A stretch of DNA of 63,563 nucleotides, counting the filler, from Octopus bimaculoides (taxonomy: Eukaryota): assembly GCF_001194135.2 (NCBI RefSeq). It is 6 parts of 6 records of this genome, joined end to end, with 100 filler letters (N's around TTAATTAATTAA, not from the genome) between each part and the next. Parts side by side here need not be neighbours in the genome. Positions count along the whole stretch, not along the records: positions 35,993 to 49,279 come from NC_068983.1; positions 49,380 to 55,465 come from NC_068991.1; positions 55,566 to 62,122 come from NC_069000.1; 3 more parts are not named here. One strand, written 5' to 3'. Under the pieces are notes generated by a model that saw nothing but the letters and a program-made list of their open reading frames with translations, ran no database searches and was not told where the DNA came from. Positions 46,541-60,385 of this stretch are shown here, in pieces (within the stretch, counting starts at the first letter, position 1; every line of letters starts with the position of its first letter). Made by a program: the position numbers and the translations under genes.

Positions 46541-48235
46541 ATATATATATATATATATATATACACGTACGTACACACAAATACACACCACGCGCGCGCA
46601 CACACTCACACATATATGTATATAAATGTATGTATTTATGTATAAACACCCTTTATACAGATGCGTATGCGTGGATGTGTGTATGTGTCATAATAAGTTT
46701 TATCACGTGGAAGTGAATGTTTATAACTAGGTTTTTATGTTGATATATTTTCATACATTATTTAAAGTTTATTGTTGGCTGTTTGACAAAACTAGCATTG
46801 TAAAAAAAATTCCCACTTTTGATTAAAATAGCTGACCTGTACTTTCGGAGAATTTCTAAGTTTGTTGAGGTGTAGATATTCTAACGCTTTCCACGAGCAA
46901 CTGAATGGTTTCTGTATAATTAATTGACATATATCCAACTAGTTCGAAACTGGGCCAGTCCCACGTTCCTGTTAGCTGATGGAGTGTTAGTAGGGGTTCT
47001 CTCCACCTGGTAGCAATGTATTGTATATAACGGATGTAGAACGTTGCTTCGAAAACCAGATGGCGGAGAATGTGCTTGGAGTTAAACTTGTATTAAAATT
47101 CACCTGCTACTTTGATGTGGTAATTGTTCCCTGCTTAGTACACGTTACTTCTCTTTCTCGTCTTCAGATTTTATAACTAGCTACTTTGTTAAAATAGCCT
47201 TCCGAAAAATATCTGCAGCTTTCCTTTGAGGAGACATTGTTGTCAATGTCTTTCGAAATAATTTGGAAATGCTATGGTTTTCAAAAAATTGTCATAGCAA
47301 TGAGATAATAGACTGTAAATTTAACTTAGAGCTTTTGGCATTTCTACAGACAAGAGTTCAGAATAATCATATAGCAACCACTAGTTTCTGTTGGTGCAGC
47401 ACCCAAATAGGGATTGTTAACGTCTGATTTATTATGTCAGGAAATCAAGTTCACTACTAATGTACTATTAGCTATCACTTATTGTAGTACAATTTATTCA
47501 ATTATGCATTACACTGAAAGCAGTTGAATGAAAATGGTTCACATCTCGCAATTACATATGGCTAAAAAATAAACTTTCCATCACTTTTGAAATAATCGAC
47601 TTGCAAAACTATAAATATGTAGATAGTCTATAATACTGAAACGGTGAAAAGGTTGCATTTTCTCTATAAAAATATACAATGTTGCTTGTGAAATTTTTTT
47701 CATACATACGAGACCGAAATTATCGGAAAGATATCACGTTGGGATTATAAATTTTCTGTCTTCATTCATCTCTACAAGCGTTGGACCGTTAAAGAGAAAC
47801 ATGCTCTTACTAAGTGCTGTAAATCAATTAATAAATATATTGGTAAACTATTCGAAACAAAGCTAGCGAAAACGGGTTTTCGTCTTAGTATGGACGCCTT
47901 AAATTCAAGTGTCGGTTACATTATGAATATGATAATTGGAAAAATAATTCAATAGATATTATCCATTAATAATAGCCACCTTCCTAGGTTTTTCTTTATT
48001 TATTTTACGTATGCAACATTAAATACATGAGAATATTACTCTTTGCAAACAAAGTGATGCATATATCATGATCTGCATGTGAAAATTGCACATATAAACA
48101 TAGGATGCATTTTCAATCATATTGATAATCAGCAAAATGAAGCTTTAAAGTAACGTTTAATGGTGACCCAGCTTCTGATAAAATAAATAAAACCTCGATT
48201 ATCATCATTATTTTTGTGGTCAATATGTTTGGGAA

Positions 48236-48432
48236 ATGAAGGTGACGAGCTGGCAGAAACGTTACCACGCCGGGCGAAATGTTTAACGGCATTTCGTCTG
48301 TCTTTACTTCTGAGTTCTAATTCTTCCGAGGTCGACTTTGCCTTTCATCCTTTCGGGGTCGATAAATTAAGTACCATCTGCGTACTGAGGATGATCTAAT
48401 CGACTGGCTCCCTCCCCCAATGCTTAGAGTAG
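48236..48432 (+). mobile_element. SINE family A copy
   Basis: gacgagctggcagaaacgttacc...gaggtcgactttgcctttcatcctttcggggtcgataaattaagtacc. Confidence 0.85.
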
Positions 48433-48670
48433 AAAAGAATATGCTGCGAAATGTCAATAGCTTTTCCTTTTTTTTTTTTAATGGGTTTTCTGCATTAATG
48501 CAAAGCTAAATAATTTTAGAACAGTTTACGTTACAATGTTAATAATTCTCTAAGTAAATTCCGCTCCTGAGAATTTCAAACGTTGTACAATTTTAAAGCA
48601 CATGACAAACAATTGAATCAAAATGCGTATCAGATTCAAAGATTCAATAAAGCAAGAAAATACGATTGAA

Positions 48671-48701
<31 letters not shown>

Positions 48702-49207
48702 CATACGTACATGAATGCACACACAAACATTTATATATATTATTAGAATCATTAATGGGTGTGTATAGGCATATAATAACGGCATAATGTGTATTATATC
48801 CTAATACGTATAACTGATTACTATTACTATACACACAATGTGTACAATCCACTTAGTATTTGATGTTAGGAATAAAAACAAGACACTACAAAATGAACCA
48901 TTATATACCAACTGAATTTTTTCTCAATTAAAAAAAAAAACATTTTAATGTTATAGTCTTCTGTATCTTGTTAGTAGAAGACAAACAATGAAATGGTTTG
49001 ACGCATATTTCTCAAATTTATTTAAATATGAAGGAATGATTAGACGAATAATATTGATAGGGCTGCATAATATATAAATCAGACTCGGCAACGGCAAAGC
49101 TAAAGGAGATCTGACGTTTAAAAGTACAAATAAATTTATAATTCATTAAGGAATAAAGTACTATATAGATAGGTCTGGACTGAAAAAGTATATTTGCTTG
49201 AATGTAT

Positions 49208-49247
<40 letters not shown>

Positions 49248-49279
49248 AAACACACACACACACGTACACACACACGCAC

Positions 49280-49379
49280 NNNNNNNNNNNNNNNNNNNNN
49301 NNNNNNNNNNNNNNNNNNNNNNNTTAATTAATTAANNNNNNNNNNNNNNNNNNNNNNNNNNNNNNNNNNNNNNNNNNNN
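49280..49379. other. Artificial scaffold linker
   Basis: Same construct as 11639-11738. Confidence 0.95.
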
Positions 49380-50029
49380 ATATATGTAAATATATATATA
49401 CACACACATATATATATATATAGTTCCATGTGCCTGTGTGCTCGTGAGTGTATTTGTGTTAGTTCGACTAAAACATTGAATGCAATGAATGCCTCAGCTT
49501 GGCCGCAGTTCACTGAGTGAAGCAAGTAAAATGAAGTCAATCAATATCTCAAGGGGACTGCTAAAGGTTAAATAAAAAAAAGGCACCTCTGTTTAGTCTT
49601 TTTACGATAATACACGTGGGAGACTACAAATCTAACGATCAAAGATTCTTTGATTGACAGCCTGCGAGCTATTTACATAGTCAAACGTAGAAGCATGAAA
49701 GAAACGGAAACAATAGTAAATAAAACTGAACAGCAACACAATTAAATGGTGTACAGTTTTTGAAATCTCTTAAACTTGGCTAAAAATATAACTGCATCAA
49801 TAACGAGTAGTTAAGAGAAAGATTTTATCTGAATACATCATGTAGTTATGCCACAGGTTCAGGAAGATAACATAAACTGAAACTCAACACAAGTATTAAA
49901 CTTTCAATCAAGTTAACATGAAAGAAAACAAATGAGAACGATAAAAATTAGAGACAAAGATGTAAATATGGTTATGTGGTGAAGAAACTCGCTGATTCCA
50001 CGTAGTTTCGAGATTATCCCTCTGCATGC

Positions 50030-50300
50030 CACCTTGGATAACATGCTATCTACCAAAGACCCAGGCCGACCAGAGCCTTTTAAAGGAATTTGGTTGACGA
50101 AGACTGTACGGAAGCCAGTCGTGTGTGTATGTGGTGTGTGGTGTGTGTCTTTTTGTTTGCCCTCTTTTAGCACTTCAGTAACATAATAGTTCGGCAAATG
50201 AGACCAATACAAATATTTTCCGAACTGAAGTCTCGGTCGATTATTCGAGTAAACCCTTGAAAGAGGTTCCCAAACATGGCTGCAGTGAGAGAAATGTCTG
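50030..50300 (+). mobile_element. Old SINE family B fragments
   Basis: Diverged core and tail in mixed orientation. Confidence 0.55.
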
Positions 50301-50328
50301 AGCTTTAAATTGGCGTCAACTGAAAGAA

Positions 50329-50366
<38 letters not shown>

Positions 50367-51369
50367 TGCGACGCAGCGGAACAAACAAATTTGTAACCAA
50401 CAGGTAAGAGAACAGGAGACGCAAAAAGAATCTTGGAAACTAGTATTAACAGAGAAATTACAAAGATGTCTATGGTTGTACTTACAACAAACAAAATAAA
50501 TAAATAAAGGAATAAATACAAACACCGACACACCCAACATAGACGACTAATTTCGTAGAATAATTCAATAAATATAGATAAGGACTGCTCACTAGTTGTG
50601 CACGTTGGAGTTATAAACGTAAGACTCGAGTTATTTTTATAAGCGAATCCGGATGTACACAAACATAAAAATAAATATAGGCTCGGCTTATTTACTCTCT
50701 GTTTATATGCATAAAAGACAGATATGAGAACCTTATCTTGTTTTTATCTTTTGCCGGATTCCTAGAAATATTCAGTTTTTATTTATTCTCACTTTTATTT
50801 GGGAAAATCGTTTCCTTCTCTTAAGATATTGCTATCATGGTGGTATTTTAAATTCTTTTTGTAGACAACCGAAAAAATGTTGTTGATTTTTAATATATAT
50901 TCATTCGCAAGATACAGCAATATTTTGAAAGGTAATATATGTCGTTCGTAAATAAACACAGAGAACATCTTGATTTTATTCTCAGAATGAAACAAAACTG
51001 CTTAATAGTGTTTTACGCACGTTTTTGTTTTTTCTTTGAGCATTACAAAGCATCATGGAATATATTATAACTAATAAAATGCTAAATACTGAATTTTAAA
51101 CAAACCCGAATATAAAGAGTTAATCCAATCACGCAACGATGCAAAAGATCTGCCACGAAATCTCACAGTAGACGAGCTTTTGCATTCTGGCCTTCAAAAA
51201 GATACAAATAAGGACGTCTGTCACTGGAAACAAACATCAGTTAAGTACAGGGAGTAGAATAGATCAATGCGAGGGGTTTTAGAATTGCGCAAGGACAAAC
51301 TCATTCATACACATCCAATGGACATATCACTTGTTATAAACACAAACCTTAAGAATACAGTATAATTCT

Positions 51370-51582
51370 TTCTACTAAAGGGAGAAGGCCTGGAACTGGA
51401 GAAGGGACCTAGCTGATTACGTCGACCTCAGTGTTCATCTGGTACATTCTTTATCGACCTCGAAAGGTAAAGAGGCAAAGTTGACCTCGTTGTCATTTCA
51501 ACTTAGAACGTAAAGACAGTAGAAACATCGCTAAGCAGTTTGTCCGGCGTCGTAATAATTGTGCTAGCTCGCCACCTTGTGC
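51370..51582 (-). mobile_element. SINE family A copy
   Basis: Reverse-complement match to the family A head and core. Confidence 0.75.
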
Positions 51583-52169
51583 ACGAATATTGTAACAACA
51601 TGAACCAAATGCACAATGGTTACAGAATGAAGGATATATCGTTAAAAATCTCAAGTGTAACGTGAGAACGTCTGTATGCATAAAGCTTAAACGCATGTCT
51701 TGGAGATGTACTCAAAAGATCAAATTTAACAACGGCATATAATATTTCTGTGGCCATATATTTAAAACAATAGATAAGCTAATAAGATACAATATAAACG
51801 TATCGTCGTTTCTAGCAAGTATGGAAGCAATAAATAGATTAAACGTCAAGCAATACTGCAAATGGGGATTGCTTCAGAGTAAGTTGTAGTATTGAGTTGG
51901 CAACATGACAACAATCTCCAACTGTTCGTGGCAAACGGTGTTTAGGTTAGCAAAATTCAAATGAATGACTTCATTACATTGGAACAGTGATATAGCGTTA
52001 TGGCATTATTTACTACCGATGCTCAAGCACAGCCTTATCACTCTGCACAACCGAAGCTTTCACAAACTATTTGTCCATAGATCTCTTTTCACTCACGCAC
52101 ATCACATATTGTAGAGAATATGTGCATATATAAACGCATTGTATATATATTGCAATAACTATATGTAAA

Positions 52170-52220
<51 letters not shown>

Positions 52221-53253
52221 NNNNNNNNNNNNNNNNNNNNNNNNNNNNNNNNNNNNNNNNATATATATTTTATACTGAGACACACACACACACACACACG
52301 CGCACACACGCACACACACACCTAATATGCATATACATATGCGCAGGAGTGGCTGTGTGGTAAGTAGCTAGCAGGTACTCTGATGTAATAATTACTGAAC
52401 GAGGTTTATTCACCTACCTATTCACCAATCCTAACATACCTTGATTATATGAAGCTTACAATGTCGTTTGGGAATCCCAAATTAATTTACCAACAATGAC
52501 ATCTGAAATTAGTAGTGAAGCCGGGAGAACACAATAAAAACAATAAAAACAATAAAAAAAAGCAAAAACAAATGTTTGAAGAAGAGGCCATTTTTATTCT
52601 CTTTCATAGACAATTTAGTTGCTAACCGCAAACAATAAAAAAATGCTTTTCAGCTTATTAAACTTCGATATAGGAAAAGCCTAAATTATTATTATTGCTC
52701 CTGAACATTGTTCTCTCACATCTACCACAGGCTCCTGGAAGATTACACACAGCCTGCTATCAGATCCTTGGATTTTACACTTACACACACACACACACAC
52801 ACACACACAAATATATAGGTGTGTATGTGTGTGTATTATTCCATATATACTTGAGATAGATAGATGAAGAGATAGATGAATATAAACGTACTTCCATATT
52901 CGTGCAAATGTATCCATATATGGTTGTGTGTAAACGTAATGAAATATGACAACCACAGCTGTTAACTGCCAAATTTTTCTGGAGGACACATTCATAACAC
53001 TGTCTGTGTGTCTGCGTGTGTGGTGTGTGTGTGTATAGATATATATATAGATAGATATTTATCTATCTATCTTTGCCTATATGTGTGTGCGTGTGTGTGT
53101 GTGTGTATGTTCGTGTGAGTGTGTGCGTATTGCGTTCTTTGCGGACTTGTACATCTTTACGTGTGCTTATATTTGCCTTTATATATATAAGCATTAATGT
53201 ATATATATGTGTTTGTGTGTGTGTGTGTGCATGTATGTCTATATATATAAACG

Positions 53254-53298
<45 letters not shown>

Positions 53299-53308
53299 NN
53301 NNNNNNNN

Positions 53309-53366
<58 letters not shown>

Positions 53367-54592
53367 CATTGGCTCAATAATAATATGACATTTATTCTGA
53401 TGTATCATCATCATTCATCTTTTTCTACTTCGGAACGAGTTTGTCTGGGGACATCCCAAAGAAGCGTGCAACAATATTTGTGACGAATTTTTCAGCCACA
53501 TCACGCAATACTCCTTATCATTTAGTTGTTCTTCATGGTAGAGTTAACGCTAATAATCATCTAAGTATTTTGGCTGAGCATACCCATCGTATGATGCAAA
53601 CGTTATCCCCTCATGGTAGCACTGTCTTCCAAAAATATAATCCACCGATTCCGACTAAAGTTGTTTAAAGTTGGTACGAATAGCACACACATACACGAGA
53701 ACAGGCGGGCCCCCATTACACACACACATATATACATACGCACAAATCACACGCACACACATGCACTCACACACACGCACACACACACATAGACTTTCTC
53801 TCTCGCACACACGCACAAACACACACAAACACACACATACACACACACACACACACACATATTCGTAGAAGCGTGTAGTTGATCCACAAGTATTACAAGT
53901 TTCGTCATATATTCTTTTGATTCTAGACCCGTCTTTGTCTTTCTGCTGTTGATATATCTTTCAATTTGCAAGCAATTACGGAATATGAAACATCACACGC
54001 GGTCTGAATAGATGTTTTGATGTGAAAATACTCCGCTTATAATCTACGATAGAATCATGCAGATGACGGATAATTATTTTGATCTACACGTGACCTGACC
54101 GCCACATTTCATTTTCAGACAATACCACGTCCTTTAAAGATGGCTAAGCGTAGTTTAAAAGGAATTCGTTTTCTGTTTCTTACAGATCATGAGAGAACGT
54201 GCAAGATCTCTCGTTGGCTCTGAAGTGAATATCACTATTGTATTGTTAAGCGAGAATATAATCATTTGGAACAATAATATCGTAATGAATTTTCTGGAAA
54301 TATCTTTCATCTTCATTCTTTCCCGTTCTCATCTTCTGACCTCACATAGTACATTCAACTTGCTATGGCCTCCTCAATATCCGTATTCCTTTCAATTAAT
54401 AATTGTCTAGACGATATTTGTTTCCAGCAGGAGCATTCATTACACAATTTCTCTTGGGAGAATTTTGTCTTTTATCCAATAATTTTTTCTACCACAAAAT
54501 TTGTTACGTTTTATTCTATTACTTCGCAGATATGAATCATGAATTACTTCGATCATCAAGTCTATCTCTTAATCTCTTTCTCTCTCTATCTC

Positions 54593-54672
<80 letters not shown>

Positions 54673-55009
54673 TGAGAGAGGAGTCTAACGCGGGTCGTGT
54701 GTGAGTGTGTATATGTTAAATAAAATGAGGCAACAAAGCCAAGGCAGTGTGAAGTTTCTAGGACATTTGTAAAGAGTGACGTAGTCTTGAGGTCTCTTTA
54801 TAAATGTCCTTGAAATTCCACACTGCTTTGGCTTCTTTGTCTCATTTTCTTTAACACACACACACGCATACAAACAAATTCACACACACACAAACACACA
54901 CATACAAATAAATAAATATTAACGACTGCACATGCGCAATGTATGTATTCTGTTTCTTCGCCGCATTTCTTGCGGGGTAGCACTTAGGAAAGGCTCCTTA
55001 TTAATGCTG

Positions 55010-55340
55010 GCTGTTAAAACATTCGAAAGTCATAGGCCAGCCTAGACAACTCACTTCGGATAGAACACAAGAGTGATGGATACTAATATTTCGCCATTAT
55101 TGTGGCTTATCAGCACGACGTACTTAGATGGAACTGAAGACGAATAGAACGTCTGGTCTATGGATATATACAATTAGTTTCAAAAGCGTTGGTGATGCGC
55201 TACGGTGATGTACAGATGGAAGTGTCTTAATTTAGGCATTGAAAGCAGCACAAATACAATGACCATTATCGATCGCTATTCATCCGGTGTTAGAAGAGAA
55301 TCCACCCGAAGCGCTATGTCGCAGCAAATACGATGACTAA
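55010..55340 (+). mobile_element. Very old RTE-like 3' fragment
   Basis: Interrupted RRLRW-, KRW.D- and DR-like pieces in shifting frames. Confidence 0.3.
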
Positions 55341-55465
55341 AGAATAAAGAAAATACGGTGAATAAAGAAACCACATATAGTATGTATGCGCGATTGATAA
55401 TGCTTACATTACTAGTTTTGCTTTTAATTCGTAACTCTCACACACACACACACACACACACACAC

Positions 55466-55565
55466 NNNNNNNNNNNNNNNNNNNNNNNNNNNNNNNNNNN
55501 NNNNNNNNNTTAATTAATTAANNNNNNNNNNNNNNNNNNNNNNNNNNNNNNNNNNNNNNNNNNNN
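55466..55565. other. Artificial scaffold linker
   Basis: Same construct as 11639-11738. Confidence 0.95.
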
Positions 55566-55745
55566 CCACTAGCACATAACCACCTCTGGCCTCCCCCTGA
55601 CTACCCACGAACTTTGGCCACCAACACCACCACCGCCACCGCCACAACCACCACCTCTGGCCACCATGATCTTCAGCCGCTAGCACCCCACCACCTCTGG
55701 CCACCCCCTGATACCCCACGAACTTTGGCCACCACCACCACCGCC
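55566..55745. repeat. C-rich block with a ~60-bp direct repeat at ~111-bp spacing
   Basis: ctagcac..ccacctctggcc..cccacgaactttggccacc occurs twice. Confidence 0.8.
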
Positions 55746-56990
55746 TCTATCCTCACTCGCAGTGTGGGAAGATGTGGTCGAGCAAAATCCAATACAGCAG
55801 AGTAATACAGCACGGCCTGGCGTGTGTTAGCGTATCATATTGATGCTTGCGAGATCGAGAGAAAGAGAGAGAGAGAGAGAGAGATGTGACCTGCAAGATT
55901 TCTTTAGGTCAGACAGTTATGCATCGCATAAAGGAGTCAACCATGATTCATTCATTGTTGGTCATGTGATGAAAGAACTTGTAATAAGTCCATAACGAGG
56001 TAACGAGGTTTGAAGCAGAGACTGCGGGCTTTTGCACAACGTTGGATCAACACAACCAGATGACATAAGCACAACGCTTTTTTCTATGACCAGTTCCCAA
56101 GTATCTGGGGTATATGTGTTATGTATATGCATGTGTGTGTATATAAATATATATAAATATATATAAATATATATAAATATATATATATACATATATATAT
56201 GCATACATATATATATTTATATATACATATATTGGTGCGCTATGGTGGATTATTTAAGACTTGGCTCTTATTTCTAGCAGGTAGATGCTCATTAAGCATC
56301 ATTACGATATTTCATAGCTCCTTAAAGCTATCATAACTGCGTTCCACCAATGCTACTACTGGTGATATCATCAAATTTTGAATTTATCCACAGATGATAT
56401 GAACAGTAGTGACATCTAACTTCAAATCTCAGTGTTTGAATATTTCATTTAAATATATATATATACATATATNNNNNNNNNNNNNNNNNNNNNNNNNNNN
56501 NNNNNNNNNNNNNNNNNNNNNNNNNNNNNNNNNNNNNNNNNNNNNNNNNNNNNNNNNNNNNNNNNNNNNNNNNNNNNNNNNNNNNNNNNNNNNNNNNNNN
56601 NNNNNNNNNNNNNNNNNNNNNNNNNNNNNNNNNNNNNNNNNNNNNNNNNNNNNNNNNNNNNNNNNNNNNNNNNNNNNNNNNNNNNNNNNNNNNNNNNNNN
56701 NNNNNNNNNNNNNNNNNNNNNNNNNNNNNNNNNNNNNNNNNNNNNNNNNNNNNNNNNNNNNNNNNNNNNNNNNNNNNNNNNNNNNNNNNNNNNNNNNNNN
56801 NNNNNNNNNNNNNNNNNNNNNNNNNNNNNNNNNNNNNNNNNNNNNNNNNNNNNNNNNNNNNNNNNNNNNNNNNNNNNNNNNNNNNNNNNNNNNNNNNNNN
56901 NNNNNNNNNNNNNNNNNNNNNNNNNNNNNNNNNNNNNNNNNNNNNNNNNNNNNNNNNNNNNNNNNNNNNNNNNNNNNNNNNNNNNNNNNN

Positions 56991-57026
<36 letters not shown>

Positions 57027-57074
57027 GTGTGTGTGTGTGTGTCTATATATATATGTGCATACATATATTCTTTT

Positions 57075-57300
57075 ATTCTTTTACTCTTTTGCTTGTTTTA
57101 GTCATTTGACTGCGGCCATGCTGGAGCACCACCTTTAGTCAAAGAAATCAACTCCAGGACTTATCCCTTGTAAGCCTAGTACTTATTGTATCAGGCTCTT
57201 TTGCCGAACCACTAGGTTACAGGGATATACACACGCCAATATCGGTTGCCAAGCAATGGTGCGGTGACAAACACAGACACACAAATACATACATATATAT
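57075..57300 (-). mobile_element. SINE family B 3' part
   Basis: tcatttgactgcggccatgctggagcacc. Confidence 0.8.
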
Positions 57301-57311
57301 TTACATGTGTA

Positions 57312-57380
<69 letters not shown>

Positions 57381-57589
57381 ATATGTGTGTATGTATGTGA
57401 GTTTATCTCCTCCCAAAAGGAAGGTCTAACAAGAACTAGGGGTCCTTCACTCCCAGTGGTTCACTTACTAATTAACCTGGGGATCTAACAGGTGCTACTA
57501 CCCCAGGTCAGAGTAAACCTGCAAACAATAGTGGTTAAGAAGTAGTACCATGCTCTGCAATATTCTGGAACTCTTATACCAGGGCCTCT

Positions 57590-57890
57590 CACCAAAATGC
57601 AATTTGAAATCACAACGTTGTTAGTAAAATGAAGTAAGGTTACCTTCTCGAATTGTATCAACTCACAAGGGGCTGGTTTCCCAGTTTCCATGGTATGTAT
57701 ATTCCCATTGCCCCTGGATAGGATGCCAGTCTATCACAGGGTTACTCATTTTCACCAGCTGAGTGGACTAGAGCAATGTGAAATGAAGTGTTTTGCTCAA
57801 AAACACAATGCTTCGCCCGGTCTGGGAATCGAAACCACAATCTTACGATCCTGAGTTCAACATCTTAACCACCAAGCCACGCATCTCCAC
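57590..57890 (-). mobile_element. SINE family E (same head and core as D, different V-like tail)
   Basis: Head gcgtggcttggtggttaag...ggtttcgattccc; ggatgccagtctatcacagggtta. Confidence 0.7.
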
Positions 57891-58084
57891 ATAGTGCTGT
57901 TACTTGGTCTCTGGTCATGTCAACCTCTGTCGTTCCACTGGGTTCAGCGCTGAGCCACACTCAGTCCACACAAATCAAATTCATTCACAGAACTTCTTGG
58001 ATTCTTAGAATGTCTGCAGGAACTCACTGAGTGTAGGAAGTGGTCATACTTGTCCAAGAGTTGACTTTCAGCTAATATAGGTAT

Positions 58085-58432
58085 CTAGGTGCAGGTGTGG
58101 CTGTGTGGGAAGGAGTTTGCTTCCTGACCACATGGTTTCAGGTTCAGTCCCACTGCGTAGCCTCAGGGGCAAGTGTCTTCTGCTATAAATTTGGATCAAT
58201 CAAAGCCTTGTGAGAGAATTTGGTAGAGAGAAACTGGAAGAAGGCCATTGTGTGTGTGTGTGTGTTTGTGTATGTGTGTGCTTGTGTGCATGTGAATGTG
58301 TATGTGTGCATGTCTATGTGTGAGTATGTTTGTGTGTGCATGTGAGTGTGTGTGTGTGTTTCTATATGTGTTTGCATGTGTGTGTCTGTGTGTGTGTGCT
58401 TGTGTGCCTGTGAATGTGTATGCGTGCTGGTG

Positions 58433-58470
<38 letters not shown>

Positions 58471-58560
58471 CGCATGTGTCTGTCTGTGTTCGTCCCCCAC
58501 CACTGCTGGTAGTGTTGGTGTGTTTACTTCTGTATAACTTAGCGGTTCAGCAAAAGGATT
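58085..58560 (+). mobile_element. SINE family B copy with expanded internal (GT)n
   Basis: Head aggtgcaggtgtggctgtgtgg; B box ggttcagtccc. Confidence 0.8.
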
Positions 58561-59245
58561 TCATGTCCCAACAGCTAACAACTGATGCTGGTAATTTATT
58601 CCATGATTCAGCAATTCTTATTGTAAAAAAAAATGTTCCTGAAAGTCATGGGTGCTGTGTTGTTTTCCGATTTTATAAGCATGTCCATGGGTGTTAAATG
58701 TACGGAATTCAAAAAGGTACCCAAAGTTGTTGTTGTTATTGTTGTGAGAAACATATTGGATAATATTGTAGGTGTCTACCAAGTCAGTTGCCAGACATCA
58801 GAGCTTTAATATATCCATGCCATGAAACTATTCTCACAACGATGCCATAAACGGTAAAAGTTCCATTGTTTCCACAAGAGATTATGTAAAGACTTCAAGA
58901 CTAAGAATCAGATGACAATGTGGTGAAGACTGATGATTCATAGATTCAGATCTTAGTCTTTGAACTCGGCATTTTATGCTTCCGGTTTTTTTTGGCATGT
59001 ATTCCAAAATGGCAGTGACTGTTTCACCTCTCCTATACAATATTGATCTCTTCATCTAAACATAGCAATGATGTCACAGAAGGAAAGATCAAATAAGAAG
59101 GAAATGGTGTCTGTAGATTTGTGTTTATTGATATTTCTGTTCACCTATATCTATACATATCTACACACAAACGCACGCACACACACACACACACACACAT
59201 GCACACACACATACAGATTCATATATTTCTTCAAACTGTCCTATA

Positions 59246-59297
<52 letters not shown>

Positions 59298-59707
59298 NNN
59301 NNNNNNNNNNNNNNNNNNNNNNNNNNNNNNNNNNNNNNNNNNNNNNNNNNNNNNNNNNNNNNNNNNNNNNNNNNNNNNNNNNNNNNNNNNNNNNNNNNNN
59401 NNNNNNNNNNNNNNNNNNNNNNNNNNNNNNNNNNNNNNNNNNNNNNNNNNNNNNNNNNNNNNNNNNNNNNNNNNNNNNNNNNNNNNNNNNNNNNNNNNNN
59501 NNNNNNNNNNNNNNNNNNNNNNNNNNNNNNNNNNNNNNNNNNNNNNNNNNNNNNNNNNNNNNNNNNNNNNNNNNNNNNNNNNNNNNNNNNNNNNNNNNNN
59601 NNNNNNNNNNNNNNNNNNNNNNNNNNNNNNNNNNNNNNNNNNNNNNNNNNNNNNNNNNNNNNNNNNNNNNNNNNNNNNNNNNNNNNNNNNNNNNNNNNNN
59701 NNNNNNN

Positions 59708-59773
<66 letters not shown>

Positions 59774-59812
59774 CATATATATACATATACATACATATAT
59801 ATAAGTATATAA

Positions 59813-60035
59813 AGGCGGGAAGCTGGCAGAATTGTTGGCTTAGCACTATTTCGACTGCCGTTACGTTCTGAGTTCAAATTCCGCCGAGGTCGACTTTGCC
59901 CTTCATCTTTTCAGGGTCGATTAAATAAGTACCAAGTTATGCACTGGGGGTCGATGTAATCGACTAAATCCCTTTGTCTGTCCTTGTTTGTCCCCTCTAT
60001 CTTTAGCCCCCCCTGTAGCCAATAAAGAAATATAT
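59813..60035 (+). mobile_element. SINE family A copy (young)
   Basis: B box gagttcaaattcc; intact core. Confidence 0.85.
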
Positions 60036-60074
60036 ATATAAGTATTTAGATGCAAACATACATACATACATATA

Positions 60075-60385
60075 TATACGTGCGGGTGGCACATAAAAGA
60101 CACCATTTCGAGCGTGGCCGTTTTCGTGCGGGTGACACGTAAAAGCACCCACTACACTCTCTGAGTGGTTGGCGTTAGGAAGGGCATCCAGCTGTAGAAA
60201 CTCTGCCAAATCAGACTGGAGCCTGGTGTTGCCATNNNNNNNNNNCATCCAGCTGTAGAAACTCTGCCAAATCAGACTGGAGCCTGGTGTTGCCATCCGG
60301 TTTCACCAGTCCTCAGTCAAATCGTCCAACCCATGCTAGCATGGAAAGCGGACGTTAAACGATGATGATGATGATGATGATGATG
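60075..60385 (+). mobile_element. SINE family C young copy; internal duplication at the 10-N gap is an artefact
   Basis: Near-consensus sequence with CpGs intact. Confidence 0.85.

Noticed and set aside
54189-54410. 73-aa ORF after a good acceptor, among several acceptor-like sites
   Set aside because: No recognisable domain, no donor and no partner exon.
60185-60296. 51-bp tandem duplication inside a SINE (similar case at about 927-1050)
   Set aside because: It straddles a 10-N gap, which is typical of overlapping contig ends.
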